A stretch of DNA of 64,000 nt from Eledone cirrhosa (Eukaryota), in assembly GCA_964016885.1 (NCBI GenBank), contig OZ024754.1:17484001-17548000 (forward strand), in the 5' to 3' direction. Positions 14,701 through 30,047 of this stretch are shown in pieces. Below the pieces are notes generated by a model. That model was not told where the DNA came from. It saw nothing but the letters and a program-made list of their open reading frames with translations, and made no database searches. Within the stretch, counting starts at the first letter, position 1. The number at the start of each line of letters is the position of its first letter. Both the position numbers and the translations under genes were made by a program.

Positions 14701-16538
14701 CCCCCCCATGCGCACATAAACTTATTGTAAACCCCTCCAAATTGACTATGATTATATTTAAACCCCCCCCTCTTTTACGCTCCGTTCTATTATTTATTAT
14801 AGTATATCGACTATATTTTATGCCCCTTTGCACCCTCCATATATTTCTTCAATTCTGTCCCCATTAGCCTACCTTAATTCTACTTAAGTCAGTTTTTTAG
14901 ATATCGTTATGTATATGATAGTAAAAAATTTCATTCCTTTTTGTAAACATTTGTAACGAAACATTAAAGTTTATAAACTTTAATGACTTAAACTACAGCT
15001 AATATTATACTACCTTATTGGATAGTTTTAATATTTTTAATATTAATTTATCAAATAGGGTTTTGAGTCATTTACAGTGATTGTTTTCCTTAGTTTTTAC
15101 CTAACTACTTAACCGCATGTGAGACCTAAATGTGTATATATTTGTTTTTGTTTTGTAATTTCCGGTTGATTATATTTATTTATTTTATTCTATATTTTAT
15201 ATTCTATTTACTATTCACTGTCTGGCATTTACTTACACATCCACATATGTCTGTCTACTAACTTTGTAATTATAAGTATTTATATATTATTTTATGTCAA
15301 TTTATTTTATATAATATATTATATTATATTGTATTGTAATATTGATCCTTATTACTTACTGTTCATTATATGTAACATTATGATATTTAAACTTTATATA
15401 TCATGTAAGATGTCTGTATTTTTGTAATATTGTAATATTGATCCTTATTACTTACTGTTCATTATATATAACATTATGATATTTAGACTTTATATATCAT
15501 GTAAGATGTCTGTATATTTTTTTCTGTACCATCATAATTTTTTCTGTACCATCATAGTGTTTTTTGAGTATTGTATAATTTATTTTTCCTCATTTACTCT
15601 GTAACCCAGTATGAATCGATTTGTATATATTGTTTATTGTAAATGTTAGTACATTGTTAACATATTAACATTATATTATTATTGTGACATCTATATTGTT
15701 TGTGTAAATTAACCGGGGATTATCTATTATATTATATTGAATTGTATAATTTTATTGTTTATTATTTATTATATGTGTCTCTTGTAATTATATCATATTA
15801 TTACCTCATGTATATTGGGTAGATGTATTGGTATTATTATTATTTTCACTCTTATCATGCTTATTTTTATATTCAAACTCCTAATAAGGCTTAATTTGTG
15901 TAGTTGAACATAGATGTGCGTATTGTTGTATGTGTGTGTGTGTGTGTGTGTGCGCGCGCACATATATACATGTATATATGTGTATATTGTACATATATAC
16001 ATGTATATATGTGTATACATGTATATACATGTATATATTGTACCTTTTGATTTCTAATTGTAATTTTAATGTTGGTAAAGGTATATTATTATAATGTATT
16101 ATATTATATTACATTGTGTTATATATAATTCCTGCTCTATATAACCACCTTTGTTTAGCTTTAGGTTAGTTGCTTTGGACTATATTTGTAATATGGTTCT
16201 TAATGTTATATACATCCTTAGTTATTCTTATTATATATTTTTATTATTTTTATTTTTATTATATATTTTTGCAAGACTTTAGTGTATGTACACTCCATAT
16301 TCTTCGGAGCTTCCGGCTTGTATCTGCCGATATTACTTCTTGTTGTTTTAATTTTCCTGATGAGTCCTTAATAGGACGAAACATTGTCGGCTAATAAAAA
16401 CTTTTGATGTATTAAAGGATTCTTTGTTTTACTCTCTTAATTTTTTGGCTCTGTTTAACTGCATTGAGCTATACCTTTTACTGTCATTTCTATAATACGA
16501 AGAGGGTGTTTAACTCCAACACGCTCCAGTATTTTAAT

Positions 16539-16542
<4 letters not shown>
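11758..16542. mobile_element. Penelope-like element as ~2-kb inverted repeat around a GIY-YIG domain
   Basis: Arms 11758-13809 and 14321-16440 are near-identical reverse complements; the minus-strand ORF 13729-14169 (mostly in the spacer) encodes CPLNGNCLSKNIVYAC..YIGSTS..CNLC..LNRKSE..CPH; (TA)n on both sides. Confidence 0.9.
16354..16391 (+). ncRNA. minimal hammerhead ribozyme
   Basis: CTGATGA-GTCC(ttaata)GGAC-GAAAC-att-GTC-ggc; the mirror copy at 11807-11844(-) has intact gcc/ggc stem I but a TTGATGA core. Confidence 0.7.
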
Positions 16543-16585
<43 letters not shown>

Positions 16586-16592
16586 TATATAC

Positions 16593-16627
<35 letters not shown>

Positions 16628-16666
16628 CTTATATATATATACATATATATACATATATATATATAC

Positions 16667-16717
<51 letters not shown>

Positions 16718-16835
16718 CATATATATATACATATATATATATATATACATATATATATACATATATATATATACATATATATATACATATATATATATAC
16801 ATATATATATATGTACATATATATACGTAATATAC

Positions 16836-17002
<167 letters not shown>

Positions 17003-17039
17003 GATATATATACATATATATATTTACATATATTTATAT

Positions 17040-17105
<66 letters not shown>

Positions 17106-17241
17106 GTGGTTACACAACAGTTAGTTCACCATACCGAGAACAATTGTTTCACCTTAGCGGAAATTCAGCTCACTCTACCTAACTCGTCCCTTGGACTGAT
17201 TGCTCAACCACTACGGATATTACTTTCCAGTGTTCCACCAC

Positions 17242-17336
<95 letters not shown>

Positions 17337-17446
17337 AAGTAATTCCGTCGGAAAAGTCCAGGAAAAAAGAGTGCTCTATGTAGGTAACAGAGCTTAATTA
17401 ACCACTGGTAAATGGAATAATTGCCTTATGTTGTTTATTACATAAT

Positions 17447-17541
<95 letters not shown>

Positions 17542-17863
17542 TATATATACATACATATATATGCTCTGATTATTTAATTTATTAATTCATCATTGAGCCA
17601 CATCGTGGATGGTTGTTAAAACATATATATCTGTGATTTTGTCTAGTTTGTGTATATGTAAATCTTTATATTTGATAATCTCCCATAAGGTTGAGATGCA
17701 ATTTGGGCAATATTGGGCTGCGCTTTCTAGCAACCAGCCCACTCGCCGTAAGCCACCAATCACATTCTTTCTGACTTGACTACTGCCACCTCACAGTTCT
17801 TAGCCATTTTGAATTCGTTTCTGGCGGGGATCACTTTAGAAAATTCTTTGTCCAAATGAGTTT

Positions 17864-17945
17864 GTTTCCTGATGAGTTCGAAGCTCGAGAATTTATCCTT
17901 GATAGGATATTTCCGAAAGCGAACGAAACCCTAAAGGGTAGAAAC
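17864..17945 (+). ncRNA. type I hammerhead ribozyme, canonical core
   Basis: gtttc-CTGATGA-GTTCG(39-nt insert with hairpin TATCCT/AGGATA)CGAAC-GAAA-CCC(taaa)GGG-TA-gaaac; all three stems pair. Confidence 0.85.
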
Positions 17946-18245
17946 GTAATCCTGATATGTGTATATGCATTTTTTCTTCTCACGTTAATTTTATACCTAA
18001 TTGTGTATGGTTGACGGTATATTTAATCGATTTCCACGTGCTATTGAAATGTTGGGTAAATATTCTATAGCGGTTGATCGCGAATAAATTGCTGTCGTTT
18101 ATTTATCTACTATTTCTTCATAGGTGCCTTTTAATCTTATAGCCTGGTTTAATTGTTTTTTTTGTGAGGTTGATTATGCTGATTGGGAGAGGAAATGGTG
18201 TATATATATTATCAAATGATTCTATGGACATACTTTATAGTACAT

Positions 18246-18287
<42 letters not shown>

Positions 18288-18293
<6 letters not shown>

Positions 18294-18612
18294 ATATTTG
18301 GGGAGGGTCATATTTGCGTAATATTGCCAGAATTAATAACAGAACACACTCACTGTTTGGTTGGTTTTCGCTTCTCGCTGTCTTTTATATATATATATCT
18401 GCGATCTAACTTACTCGGTCCTCAATGTTGCCATTGACTGACCGGCGGTCAAAAATAATACAGATACAATATAGACAGGACCGAGTAAGTTAGATCGCAG
18501 ATATATATATATAAAAGACAGCGAGAAGCGAAAACCAACCAAACAGTGAGTGTGTTCTGTTATTAATTCTGGCAATATTACGCAAATATGACCCTCCCCA
18601 AATATAACAATA
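18288..18612. repeat. fold-back insertion in (TA)n
   Basis: 18288-18421 is the reverse complement of 18478-18612; another copy of the arm lies at 28280-28382. Confidence 0.8.
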
Positions 18613-18866
18613 TCTGTTTCGACACACGATTTCATATAAAAAACCTCGCAAAACTATATATATATATATATATATATAACGAAGGAAATGTGGTAAGGAA
18701 CCAGGTGGACCATAACGCACCAAAGTACTCAATACTTAGGGTAGTAGAGTGGGTAATAGGAACAAGTAAGACACCGACGGCTGAGCTCAAGCCGTTTCGA
18801 CGGCTAATTCTGGACAGAATTAGCCGTCGAAACGGCTTGAGCTCAGCCGTCGGGGTCTTACTTGTT

Positions 18867-18931
<65 letters not shown>

Positions 18932-19019
18932 ATACTTTGGGAGGGTCATGTTGCCAATAAGAAACACACGCACCAGTTGCTTTCACTTCAATTTATTATA
19001 ATAAATTTATAAATTTCCG

Positions 19020-20100
19020 ATTGGTTGGTTCCACAACCAGATGATTGTTTATATATTGTCAACGTTTTTTCGTCACACATTCTGTGACCTCTTCAGCGAC
19101 TGGGGATTCTTTTCTTTGTTTTTGTGCCTCTCCTTTGTTCTGTCCTACGCCATCTTGTTTTTGTGTGTGTTGTGTGCTTAGTTTGCGCATGTGTTACATC
19201 CGGGTGTCTGTGTGTGTTTAAATTTGTTTATTTATTTGTTTATTTACATGTTACTGGTCGGTTGTTTGTTCTATGTGCGTGTGTGTTTTCATTTTGTCCT
19301 TAATTGTAAGTTGTGATGTTGCTGTTCCATTCATGTTTTCTATTTAATTTTGGTTGGAGTTCATTTATGTTTATTGCCTCTGTGATTTGTCTAAACATTG
19401 CGTCTTTTCTGTGTGTAGATTTTATTTTTATTTCTATGTTCTCTAATTCACCCTTATGTTCTATTTTAGCATGTAGGTAGAGTACAGATGATTCTTTACT
19501 ATCTTGAAGGTCTCGCGAGTGTTCATTTATCCGTTCCCTTATACTACGATTTGTCTCACCTATGTACACTATATTATTATCTCTACATTGTCCTTCAGTA
19601 CATCTTATGCTATATACTACATTTCTAGTTTTACAGTTAATATGGGGGCTTACAGATTATACATTTCTTATCTATACAGGGAGGTCTTTGAAAAGGGTAT
19701 GTATTGCTAATAAGTGTTTTTATGGAGGTACCTGGTCTTTCTACTATCTTAATATTGAGTTTATGTGCAACCCCAAAGAACTAGAGAGACACATACAACA
19801 CTTCATCCACCGTATGCAGTTCTTTGGTTACAATCAGAGAGATAAAATCAGAGTATATAGAGGAGCCAGAACCAAATGGGAAAAAATGGTAAATAATGAC
19901 ACAAATGGGACCTGCCCCTTGTATAGGAGCAAATTTTGGAATATAATAGAAATAACTAGGAATAAGGTTAATAGAATAAACTCATGGTATGATAACAATA
20001 AATACCAGAGTGTAATGTTCATCGATACAACCCCTAGAGGTGAATTAGCTTACAAATTTAACAGGGCCCTAGATAAACATAAACTCAATATTAAGATAGT
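19020..20100. mobile_element. Penelope-like fragment with internal inversion
   Basis: Minus strand GIY-YIG (YIGETNRSIRERINEH..EAINI..PKLN, 19300-19569) with HHR-like motif 19058-19100; the upstream PLE region (GYNQRDKIRVY..PLYRSKFW..VMFIDTTPRGELA) reads on the plus strand at about 19762-20100. Confidence 0.75.
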
Positions 20101-20101
20101 A

Positions 20102-21690
20102 GATGGTTGTGTCTCTGTTGGTTCTCTCGGACCACATATCATTAGTTCTACTAAGTTATGATCCGAGGAAATTGTTGGTGTCACCTTTACATTGTGGATG
20201 AGCACTTCGTTGTTTGTAAAACAGAGGTCCAGGACATTTCGCCTCTTGTTGGGAGGAGTACTGCTTGTTCCATGAACAGCCTGTGTGTGGGGGCCAGCAG
20301 GGATTCCGTCTGTCTCTGTTCTATTGACGTCATTCCAGGGAGGAGGTGGCCCTCATGCCATTTGACCTTTGGCAGGTTGAAGTCTCCTAGCAGTAGAATG
20401 TTGAGACCCTGGTCCAATTTGTCAAGGACCTCTTCTATCCTACTGAGGCTATCCTCAAATTTACCCTCATGACTGGGGGCATCGGGCGGTCGATATGTGA
20501 CACATATTATTATCTTTAGTTGCTTCATATGTACTATCAGTGTGTCATAGACTGAGTTTGAATGTGTCAACAGTACAATTGGTGTGACATCTTCACGGAT
20601 ATACAGAGCAACCCCACCATGAGTTCTTTCCTTCCTATCCGAACGAAAACAGTATATTTCGGTATATGTATTTCTGCATCTGCTATACTGCTTGTCAGAT
20701 GCGTTTCGGTTAGTGCCATGCATAATGCTTGATTGCTTATGGCTAAGTCTCCGAGGTAGGAAATTTTACTCATGTTAGTGAGTTTCACCAGGCCTCTGAC
20801 ATTCAGCAGCAGCACTGGTGTGACTTTTGGGGTACCAGCAATGGCTGTCCGTATGACACCTGGCCTGGTGTCAGCGGCAGCCACTCTGGGTCCCTTAATT
20901 GTGGTGGTCTCGAGTGCTGGTGTGGGTGACCCTGGCTCTGAAAACGATGCAACCAGGTCAGCTGTCCCACAATCTTCTCTGCCATCACTAAAACATTTTC
21001 TGCTCTGCTGCTGCCATCTGTATCTTGTCGGCATGTGCGTGCCTTCTACTTGTTGGCGCGGCAAGCGTGACTTCAGCATACTTCTGGAGCGGCTTGTTTT
21101 GGATTTGGCTGGGGCATGTTGCGCGAGTAGGATGGCCATGGGCATAGTTCGTTTGGGGCCTGGGGTGAGCGAATCTGCAGCCCACCCCTGTCTCTCCATG
21201 CCAGCAGGTCCCGTTCCTGAAGAACTTGCACGTTACCTGGGTTTTCTTTCTCTCAGTGTCTCGGTGCTTTTTGTTCTTCCTTTAGACAGTTGTCCACTGG
21301 TCCCTCTTTGCATGGTTCTCCTTCGGAATGTGATTTCGCTTCTCACCTTTACCGTTTGCTTGTTGGTTGCTCGGCCTGCCCTCCCTGACTGTGGCGGCGG
21401 GTATCTCACTTTCTTTCAAGTCCGTGCTTGTGCTTTCTTCCTTTTCCCTTTCTTTTTCCTTTTCTCTCATTTTCTCCTCCTTGAGGACACGGCTTAGCAT
21501 TGCCATATGTGGCGCTATGAGTTCATAGGCCTTCTCGATTTCTTTTCTTTTTCTTTCTATCTGCGCCAGAGTCCTCAGGAAGCCATGCTTCCTCAGGGTC
21601 TTCGCAATCTTTTTGTTTGGTGGTGACCCATCAGCCAGGCTCCACCCTTTGATCAAAACCGCTAGTTCTATCTTTGACTAGTTTCGCTGG
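20102..21690 (-). mobile_element. CR1/L2/Jockey-group LINE 5' part with APE endonuclease, frameshifted
   Basis: Motifs NVRGL, LTETHL, GGVALY, YRPP, LGDFN, PTRG, SDH spread across frames. Confidence 0.8.
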
Positions 21691-21861
21691 CTTTTAATTT
21701 CACCTTTTCCCTGCATGCAGTCCATTTCGCTGTGGAGGGGAGAGAGAGAGAGATAGCGGGAAGGGTAGAGAAAATGCTAGAGAGGGAAAGAGAGAGGGAA
21801 AGAGAGATAAGTCCAGTGAGAAATTCAAGGTGCGATTTAGAGGGGAAGAGAGAGAGAGCGA

Positions 21862-21938
<77 letters not shown>

Positions 21939-22380
21939 CGTGGAAGATAGCAGCGTATATAATATCAATGATTAATGTTGTTCGAAAAACAATAATATTT
22001 CGCGGGTAAAACACCAAAACAAAGTGAAAACAAATGATATCAACATGAAATATAAAAGGAGAGGAGAGAAGACAAAGTAAATAGATTAAAATAAGTTAAT
22101 GAAACCTAAATAAGTTAAAGATATAGAAACGCGAAGGATTTATATTTGAATTGATTTTAGCTGCAGTTATCGGCTTGTTTGCAAATATAAACAACAGACA
22201 CCGTATATATGTATATCGTGAAACGTGGTTTTCACTATATCAGTATATCAAAAACAATAACAAATATATATGCTCACTGAGTTAAAAATAAAAATAAAAT
22301 GATATTAAATTATATTAAATCACGTTACACAAAATAAAATAAAATAAAATAAAGTTAAATTAAAATTAGATTACGTTACT

Positions 22381-23575
22381 TACCATATATACTCGCATAT
22401 AGGTCGCCCCGGCAGATAGGTCGCATAGCCACTTTTCATTTAATAGGCTATTTGCCAGTGACTCGCAGATAGGTCGCACTGAAATTTGGGCCGTCAAACT
22501 ACTATTTTTTATGATAATTGAAATTAATCTGTTAGCTTTCCATTACTTCACCGTTGCGATATATACTCCAAACCATGTTTTATTTATAAAATAAACATTA
22601 ACGTCATCGAAATTTCGTCAATTCAAGATTACTGCGAGATAAAGCCTTTAAGCGCGAAAATTATCTCTTAATATAGTGAAACAACTTGAAATAACGTATT
22701 TTTTAACATTGAAAGTATAACAGATTTTTAGCGTATCAACATGGCTTCCCAAAGTAGCGAATACCGACTTTAAAGGTTTTACATGCGACGACATTCGAAA
22801 TGAAAAAGAAACACAAGATAATATTAGTGATTTATCTTCAAATGAATCAGACGTATTTATTTCTGACGATGAAGTCAACATCTAGGTCATTATTGAATTT
22901 TTTTTTGCAACAAATCTAACAGGTAAGGCAGATAAAGTTTAAATTTGTGTGTTTATCCATAAAGTTATTACTTTTACACCTGTTAATTAAATAGTTTTTT
23001 CATTTCTTCATCTGTAACTGTGCATTCGTTATAATAGTCATTCAATTCATCTTCACATTCTTCAATATCATCTCCCTCATCACTCTCTGCATTTTCTGTC
23101 TTTTCACCAACTAAATCCTCATATAACACATCATCTTCAGTCCCGTCCATCGCATTTGATAAGCCACATTTTTTGAAAGCCTTCATTATTAGTTCTTCAG
23201 GGATACTTTCCCAAGCCTCCTTCACCCACTCCACCACTAATCTCAAGCCAAGACTTTTCAGTGATCCACCTTTGGTAATTTCTTTTTCACCTGATATCAT
23301 CCAAGAAGTCCAGAGTTTACGGTTATAAGTCTTGAAGGGCTTATTTACTGCCACATCAAGGGGTTGTAAGACTGAGGTGCAACCACAAGGAATCATTGCT
23401 TGTCTTGTTTTACAATCCTTCAGCTTAGCCTTTACAGACTCACAGCAGTGAGATCGAAACATATCCCAAACTAGCAAACTTCGTGGCTTCAGTAATGCCC
23501 CTGGCTTTTTCATCCACACTTCATCAAGCCATAACTTTGTTAAGTTCTCGTCTATCCAGCCCTTCGGGTGGTATA
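22381..23575 (-). mobile_element. pogo/Tc2-type DNA transposon fragment (DDE)
   Basis: LLVWDMFRSH..IPCGCTSVLQPLDVAVNKPFK..AFKKCGLSNAMDGTEDD (22983-23519); terminus TA-CCATATATACTCGCATATAGGTCG at 22381. Confidence 0.85.
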
Positions 23576-23647
23576 TTTATGGTTTTTTCACACTTATATG
23601 TGTTGTAAGCACTTATTTTTTTATAATTTTTCCTGAGTTCTTTATAA

Positions 23648-25110
23648 ATGAACTCATTTAACTCTCCTGATACAATATTTACGAATGGCTGTAACTGTAG
23701 AATTAAAAGAAATTGCCCATTAAAGGGAAATTATCTTATTAATAACATAGTCTATAAATGTGTAATTAGCACTAAGGACTCCACTCAATCCTATATAGGA
23801 GCTACGTCTAACCAATTTAAAGTAAGATTTAATACACACAAACATAGTTTTAAAAATGCCGCATTAGCTAATACAACCTCCTCGGCTGAAGCAATTAATA
23901 ATTATAGAAAGAAGGACATTGATTACAACCTGACCTGGAGCGTGCTCAAAAGGGCCACCCCTTATCAAAATAGCATATATGAGTGTAGGTTATGCTCCCA
24001 AGAACTATTTGGAATCATGAAATCTAATGATATCCTATTAAATAAGCGACAGGAGTTAATTATATCATGCAATCATAGAATTAGAAAAACTTTCAAATAT
24101 TATAAACTTAATTAATATATACCTCACTCTTATATTTTACAAATTATTATAATTAATTTTAAAAAAACTTTTTTTAATTTAGTTTACCTATAATTAAATA
24201 TTTACTACAAAGAATTTCATTATTTTATTTCCCTCTTGCAGCTCACTTTACCTAAAGTTATCTTTAACCTCACTACTTCTTTTAACCGCATCCCCTATCT
24301 ATCACATTTAATACCTAGGATTATTTAATACCTAGGATTATTTAATACCTAGGATTAGTAAATATAATTAATATCTTTAATATTATGGATGTTTAGATAG
24401 ATACACTACTTTTTATAAAATTTTATCTATTTCTGTCTTTCTATATAATTTTATTTACTTCTTTATTTATCACATTCATAAGAATTAATATAATTTTAAC
24501 TATGTAAGTATACCTATCAATTAATTTAATTTGCTTTTATGTATCTAGGTTCCTTGAAATTTAAACAGGAGTAGTATTTCTCACTAACACTCCCATCCCA
24601 GATAAAATTCTTTTCCCTTAACTTTTAACAGCATTTTTTAATAACATAAAATTTGTTTATATTTTTTTATGTTTTGGGGGAATCCTTCACTATCTCATAG
24701 ACTTGACCTCATCTAACCCCTATCTTTCTCTTCCCCACTGTATTCTTTTCATTCAAAGCATAAATTTACACTCCTCCACTCCTAGCATAAAATTCTACTA
24801 CTGTTATTCTATCAACTTTACCTCTTAACTATTGGTCAATTCAACTCTTTTCTATTGGTCAATTCAAAACCTGTTCCCAAACAGACTTTTTGTATTAATA
24901 CTTTGTTTCTTACAATAAACATACTTCATCATTTCTGAAGATGGCATATATAAGTGAAGGTATGTATATCTCCTCTGATAATTTGTAATATTTTTTACAT
25001 AGATCTTTAATATGATATACATACCAACACACACATATATATCCCAGAAACGATCGTAAAATGATGATTTTTTTCAATATAAGGAACCTGTTCTTTGTTT
25101 TTATTAATTT
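23648..25110 (+). mobile_element. Penelope-like 3' fragment (GIY-YIG + long 3' UTR with HHR)
   Basis: CNCRIKRNCPL..IVYKC..YIGATS..CRLC..LLNKRQELIISCNH; ends in (TA)n. Confidence 0.85.
24926..25067 (+). ncRNA. hammerhead ribozyme with ~105-nt stem II
   Basis: 9-bp stem I tcatcattt/aaatgatga; CTGAAGA; stem II includes ggtatgtatatc/gatatacatacc; GAAAC-gatc-GTA. Confidence 0.8.
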
Positions 25111-25217
25111 ATCTATACATATATATATATATACATATATATATATACACATATATATATAGATGCATATGTATATATATCTACATATATATATATAGAT
25201 GCATATGTATATATATC

Positions 25218-25288
<71 letters not shown>

Positions 25289-25529
25289 GTCATTTGAAAC
25301 TCTAACGTGGGAGAAAGTGGCAGCCAAAACAATTCTGCGTTTCCGGAAGACGTCACCCTAATAACAATAGCGTGTATCCGGTGTGGATGGTCAGGGGAAA
25401 TGAATATTTTCTCCAAAAGGAAACGAGGCTACGTCAATAAAATCATGGGCAATATCGATCGATACTTTACTCGGTCAGCATTCGTTTTCATTAACTTGCA
25501 TTACAAAAAGCGGGGTATATCTTCTCTTC

Positions 25530-25815
25530 TTCTTCACCCATTTATTCTTGAGAGGGTCGTGGGGACAGAGTTCTCAAACATTCCTTCCAGTGGATCCTGT
25601 CAGATGCAACTGTCTCCAACTGACCCGGCTGGATCCCCAAGCATGACCTGCCAAGCTCATGGATGTTATCAAACTATTATATCTTGCTCGGGGTCTACCC
25701 CTGAGTCTCCTGCCAGTTGGTTTTGCCCGTAAAATCTGTCCAGCGATTCTTTCCTGAGACTTTCTAACCACATGCCAATAATATCGGAGCTGTGTGATCT
25801 CCCGATTCGGAGAAA
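25530..25815 (-). mobile_element. LINE (RTE/L2-like) 3' fragment
   Basis: QLRYYWHVVRK..ILRAKPTGRRLRGRPRAR is the typical ORF2 C-terminal GxRxRGRP motif. Confidence 0.6.
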
Positions 25816-26479
25816 TATCGGCTCTACCTGGAACGGTTCTCAAAGTGGGCGCTATCCCCCCCCCCCCCCCCCCCCCATCCCGCTGAGCGTTGAGAAGGTC
25901 CAGGGGACGCTGGGGCCTAAGGGGACGGTAGAGATGATATAATAGTATATCAATTATCAAATGATACATATTATTATTAAATATAGTAAAATAAGAAATA
26001 TATAATATTTATTTATACATAGTATATATTATATTGTTTATTATATATAAATTAACGATTTGGGTTATTATATATTATTTAAAATTTGCGTGTAGGCAGG
26101 TCTCTCTGGAAGTAGGGGTGGGATGCTGGGGGCATTACGTGGCTGTGAGGGGGGTGATAGCTCGAGAATTTCTGTTCTATGTGATGAATGCTGCATGAGA
26201 TACTGTTGATGATGACTAGTCAGTCGTTCTTGGATATCGATGTACTAAAGTCGCGTGGGGGAGGGATGGAAAATGACGCAATTCACAGTTATGTTATTAC
26301 TTTGAAAAGATTAGGGTGGTGTATTGACAGAAACGTTTGAGCGCCGGACAAATACTTTTGTAGCATTTTTTCCGGCTCTTTAGGTGCTGAGTTAAATTCC
26401 TGCCGGGGTCAACTTTGTCTTTCATCCTTCCAAGGTCGATGAAATAAGGTACCAGTCAAGTACTGGGATCGATTTAAAT

Positions 26480-27137
<658 letters not shown>

Positions 27138-27824
27138 ATTTAAATCGACCCCCACCAAAAAACAAAAATTGCTAGTCATGCGCTTAAATTAGAAACCGTC
27201 ATTACTTTGAAAACAGTGATTAAATTGGCGCTGAGTCATCTAAATACCACAAATGTCCAATAAGTTTCAAAATGCGTTAACTTAATTTCACAAATTGTTT
27301 GAAATCGAAATAATAAAATTAAAATATGTCGGGTGCTCTGAATTGACTGAATATGTGAGTGTACTTAAAACAGTTAGCACATAGCGTCCTTAATGTGGGG
27401 AGAACAAATTTCAATCAATAGAAAAATAACCTTTGCAATCAACTAGTGCTTTCATCTCTCCTCATTGCATGTGCAATTATAATTTTAATTAATTAAAATT
27501 TTGGAGTTGTTACCCATTTGTCTTGACCAGATTTGATTAACTTTCGTCGTGCAGTCTATCATTTCCTCTTCCCAAAGCAATGGTAATTCTAATTATTTAA
27601 ATATCTGTGCTCGCTATATTAAGTATATTAACATGCAGCTATTTTGTGTCATCCAATGACGTCAGTAGATAATTTCTCTTCGTCATTATATTATGCTGTC
27701 ACGCCATTTCTCCTGCATCGGAGATAGGCCCAAAACTGGAAAAGGCTATGTTTTCATTTCGAGATTCAATAAGAAAGTAACATGTCTGCAATTACCACCA
27801 GTGCTTACCAAACATTCGACTTAG

Positions 27825-27866
<42 letters not shown>

Positions 27867-28191
27867 TTTACATATATATATACATACACATACATATACG
27901 TGTTTTGCATCTGGTCACTTTTTAGCTCAATAAAAAATTAATAAATTAAACAATCAGAGCTATATATCATAAAACATGTCTATAGAATCACAAGATAAAA
28001 TATATACTATTTCCTCTCCCAATTAGCATAATTAACTATATAAAAAATCGAATAGACCAGGCTATACGAATGAGGCTTCTATGAAGGAATCTCCAACAAA
28101 TAACCAAAACTAGCGCTTCGCGTCGGCTGTAGTGGAATATTTATCGAATATTTCGACAGCGTAATCGCCTAGATACAGTCAACTAAGCAGA

Positions 28192-28267
<76 letters not shown>

Positions 28268-28376
28268 TTGCGAGGTTTTTTATAAAAGACAGCGAGAAGC
28301 GAAAACCAACCAAACAGTGAGTGTGTTCTGTTATTAATTCTGGCAATATTACGCAAATATGACCCTCCCCAAATAT

Positions 28377-28429
<53 letters not shown>

Positions 28430-28509
28430 CAGAAGGGATATTTAATTTGTTGGTAATTCAACAAATATAAATGTTTATAATTGATTCAAACCACTCGGCA
28501 AGTTTTCTG

Positions 28510-29610
28510 GAGTATAATATTCAATGATATTAAATAAATGGAAACTATATTTATAAAACCATATTTATTCTATTATATATATTTCCAGGGTACCAAAACT
28601 TTGGTACGCTCTCATCAGATAAAATACAAAGTTTGTTTTATAAATATTGACATAACCAGGAAAGAAGAACTTAACGGTTCAAGTTTTTCCTGGATAGTGA
28701 AGGAAAGCAGAGAAAGAGAAGAAAAGTCAAATATTTCAAATTATTAAGATGAGTATGCAAATGAGGTAACTGTCAAAACTCTATTAATCTTAAAACAGAA
28801 TTATTTTCTAGTTGCAGACATCGCCAAAATTCCACTTTCAGAAGTATTTTTAATTTATGACATTCATTACACTTGACTATATCTTATATACCTTTAAAAT
28901 GATCCTATTATTTATTGAGTATTTCTTTTAAAATTTAAATTTTTTAAATGATCTTCCTTCTTAATTTTAATATTTTTACCATTTGACATTATTTTCCTAA
29001 TGATACTCTTCTAAATCTATTTTTTTAGATGTAGATTAATAATCTTTAATTGACATTCTGAAAGTTATCCTCTTTACGATAGTTCTTCGAAATGCACAAT
29101 ACTTTTTCCTCTTCTTTGATCTTCAAACTTTTCACACATCTTTCGACTAAAATAATATATAATTGAAACTCTCATCCTTGAAAAAAATTAATCTCACACA
29201 AAATAATATATAATTTTCTCTGCATACTTTCTGATAAATCATTCATCAAATTTAACGGTTAGCAAATAAGATTGGAGTTTTCTTTCCCTTTTCAATCGCG
29301 CAAACATAAACATTATATTATAATATAATATGTATGATAAACTATATAACTTCGCTAAATTAACAACATTCTGAAAACATTTTCAATGTTGGAACAAAAT
29401 ATTTGAATCTACAAATTGTTCTCCTCTTACAACTTGAACTACGTCTTTTTTTATGTAAAATGCAAATATTTATAAAATGCAAATATTTATAAAAACAAAC
29501 TTTGTACTTTATCTGATGAGGACGTACCAAAATGTTGGTACCCTTGAAATATATATAATAGAATAAATATGGTTTTATAAATATAGTTTCCATTTATTTA
29601 ATATCATTGT
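28510..29610. mobile_element. PLE-type element with inverted HHR-like termini
   Basis: About 28523-28648 is inverted relative to about 29483-29609, each with a ttatCTGATGA..GAAATATATATAA motif. Confidence 0.6.
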
Positions 29611-29614
29611 ATAT

Positions 29615-29958
29615 AAATATATATATGTATGTAAAAGGTAAACAGAAATAACAACACAATCGGTACAGTATATGGAAGGTATATATTAGGTTAACGCTTG
29701 ATATAGCAGGAAGAGGGTCTTAACGTTTCGGACGCTAGTCCTTCATCAGAAGAAAGAATGAGACGGGCGGGATGGAATTGGAAAAAATGTCTTTAGATAA
29801 AAATAACAGGTCCATTCATGTTGACATCTCTTGCAAAACTGTTGGTGCTGGCGTTTTGTGTATGATTTGTTTTTTAGAAAAGTGGATGATGACAGGCGTC
29901 TACCTGAAATGGAAAAAAAAACGTTTTATAAAAAGAGCTATACTTGAGCACGTGCGTA

Positions 29959-30047
<89 letters not shown>

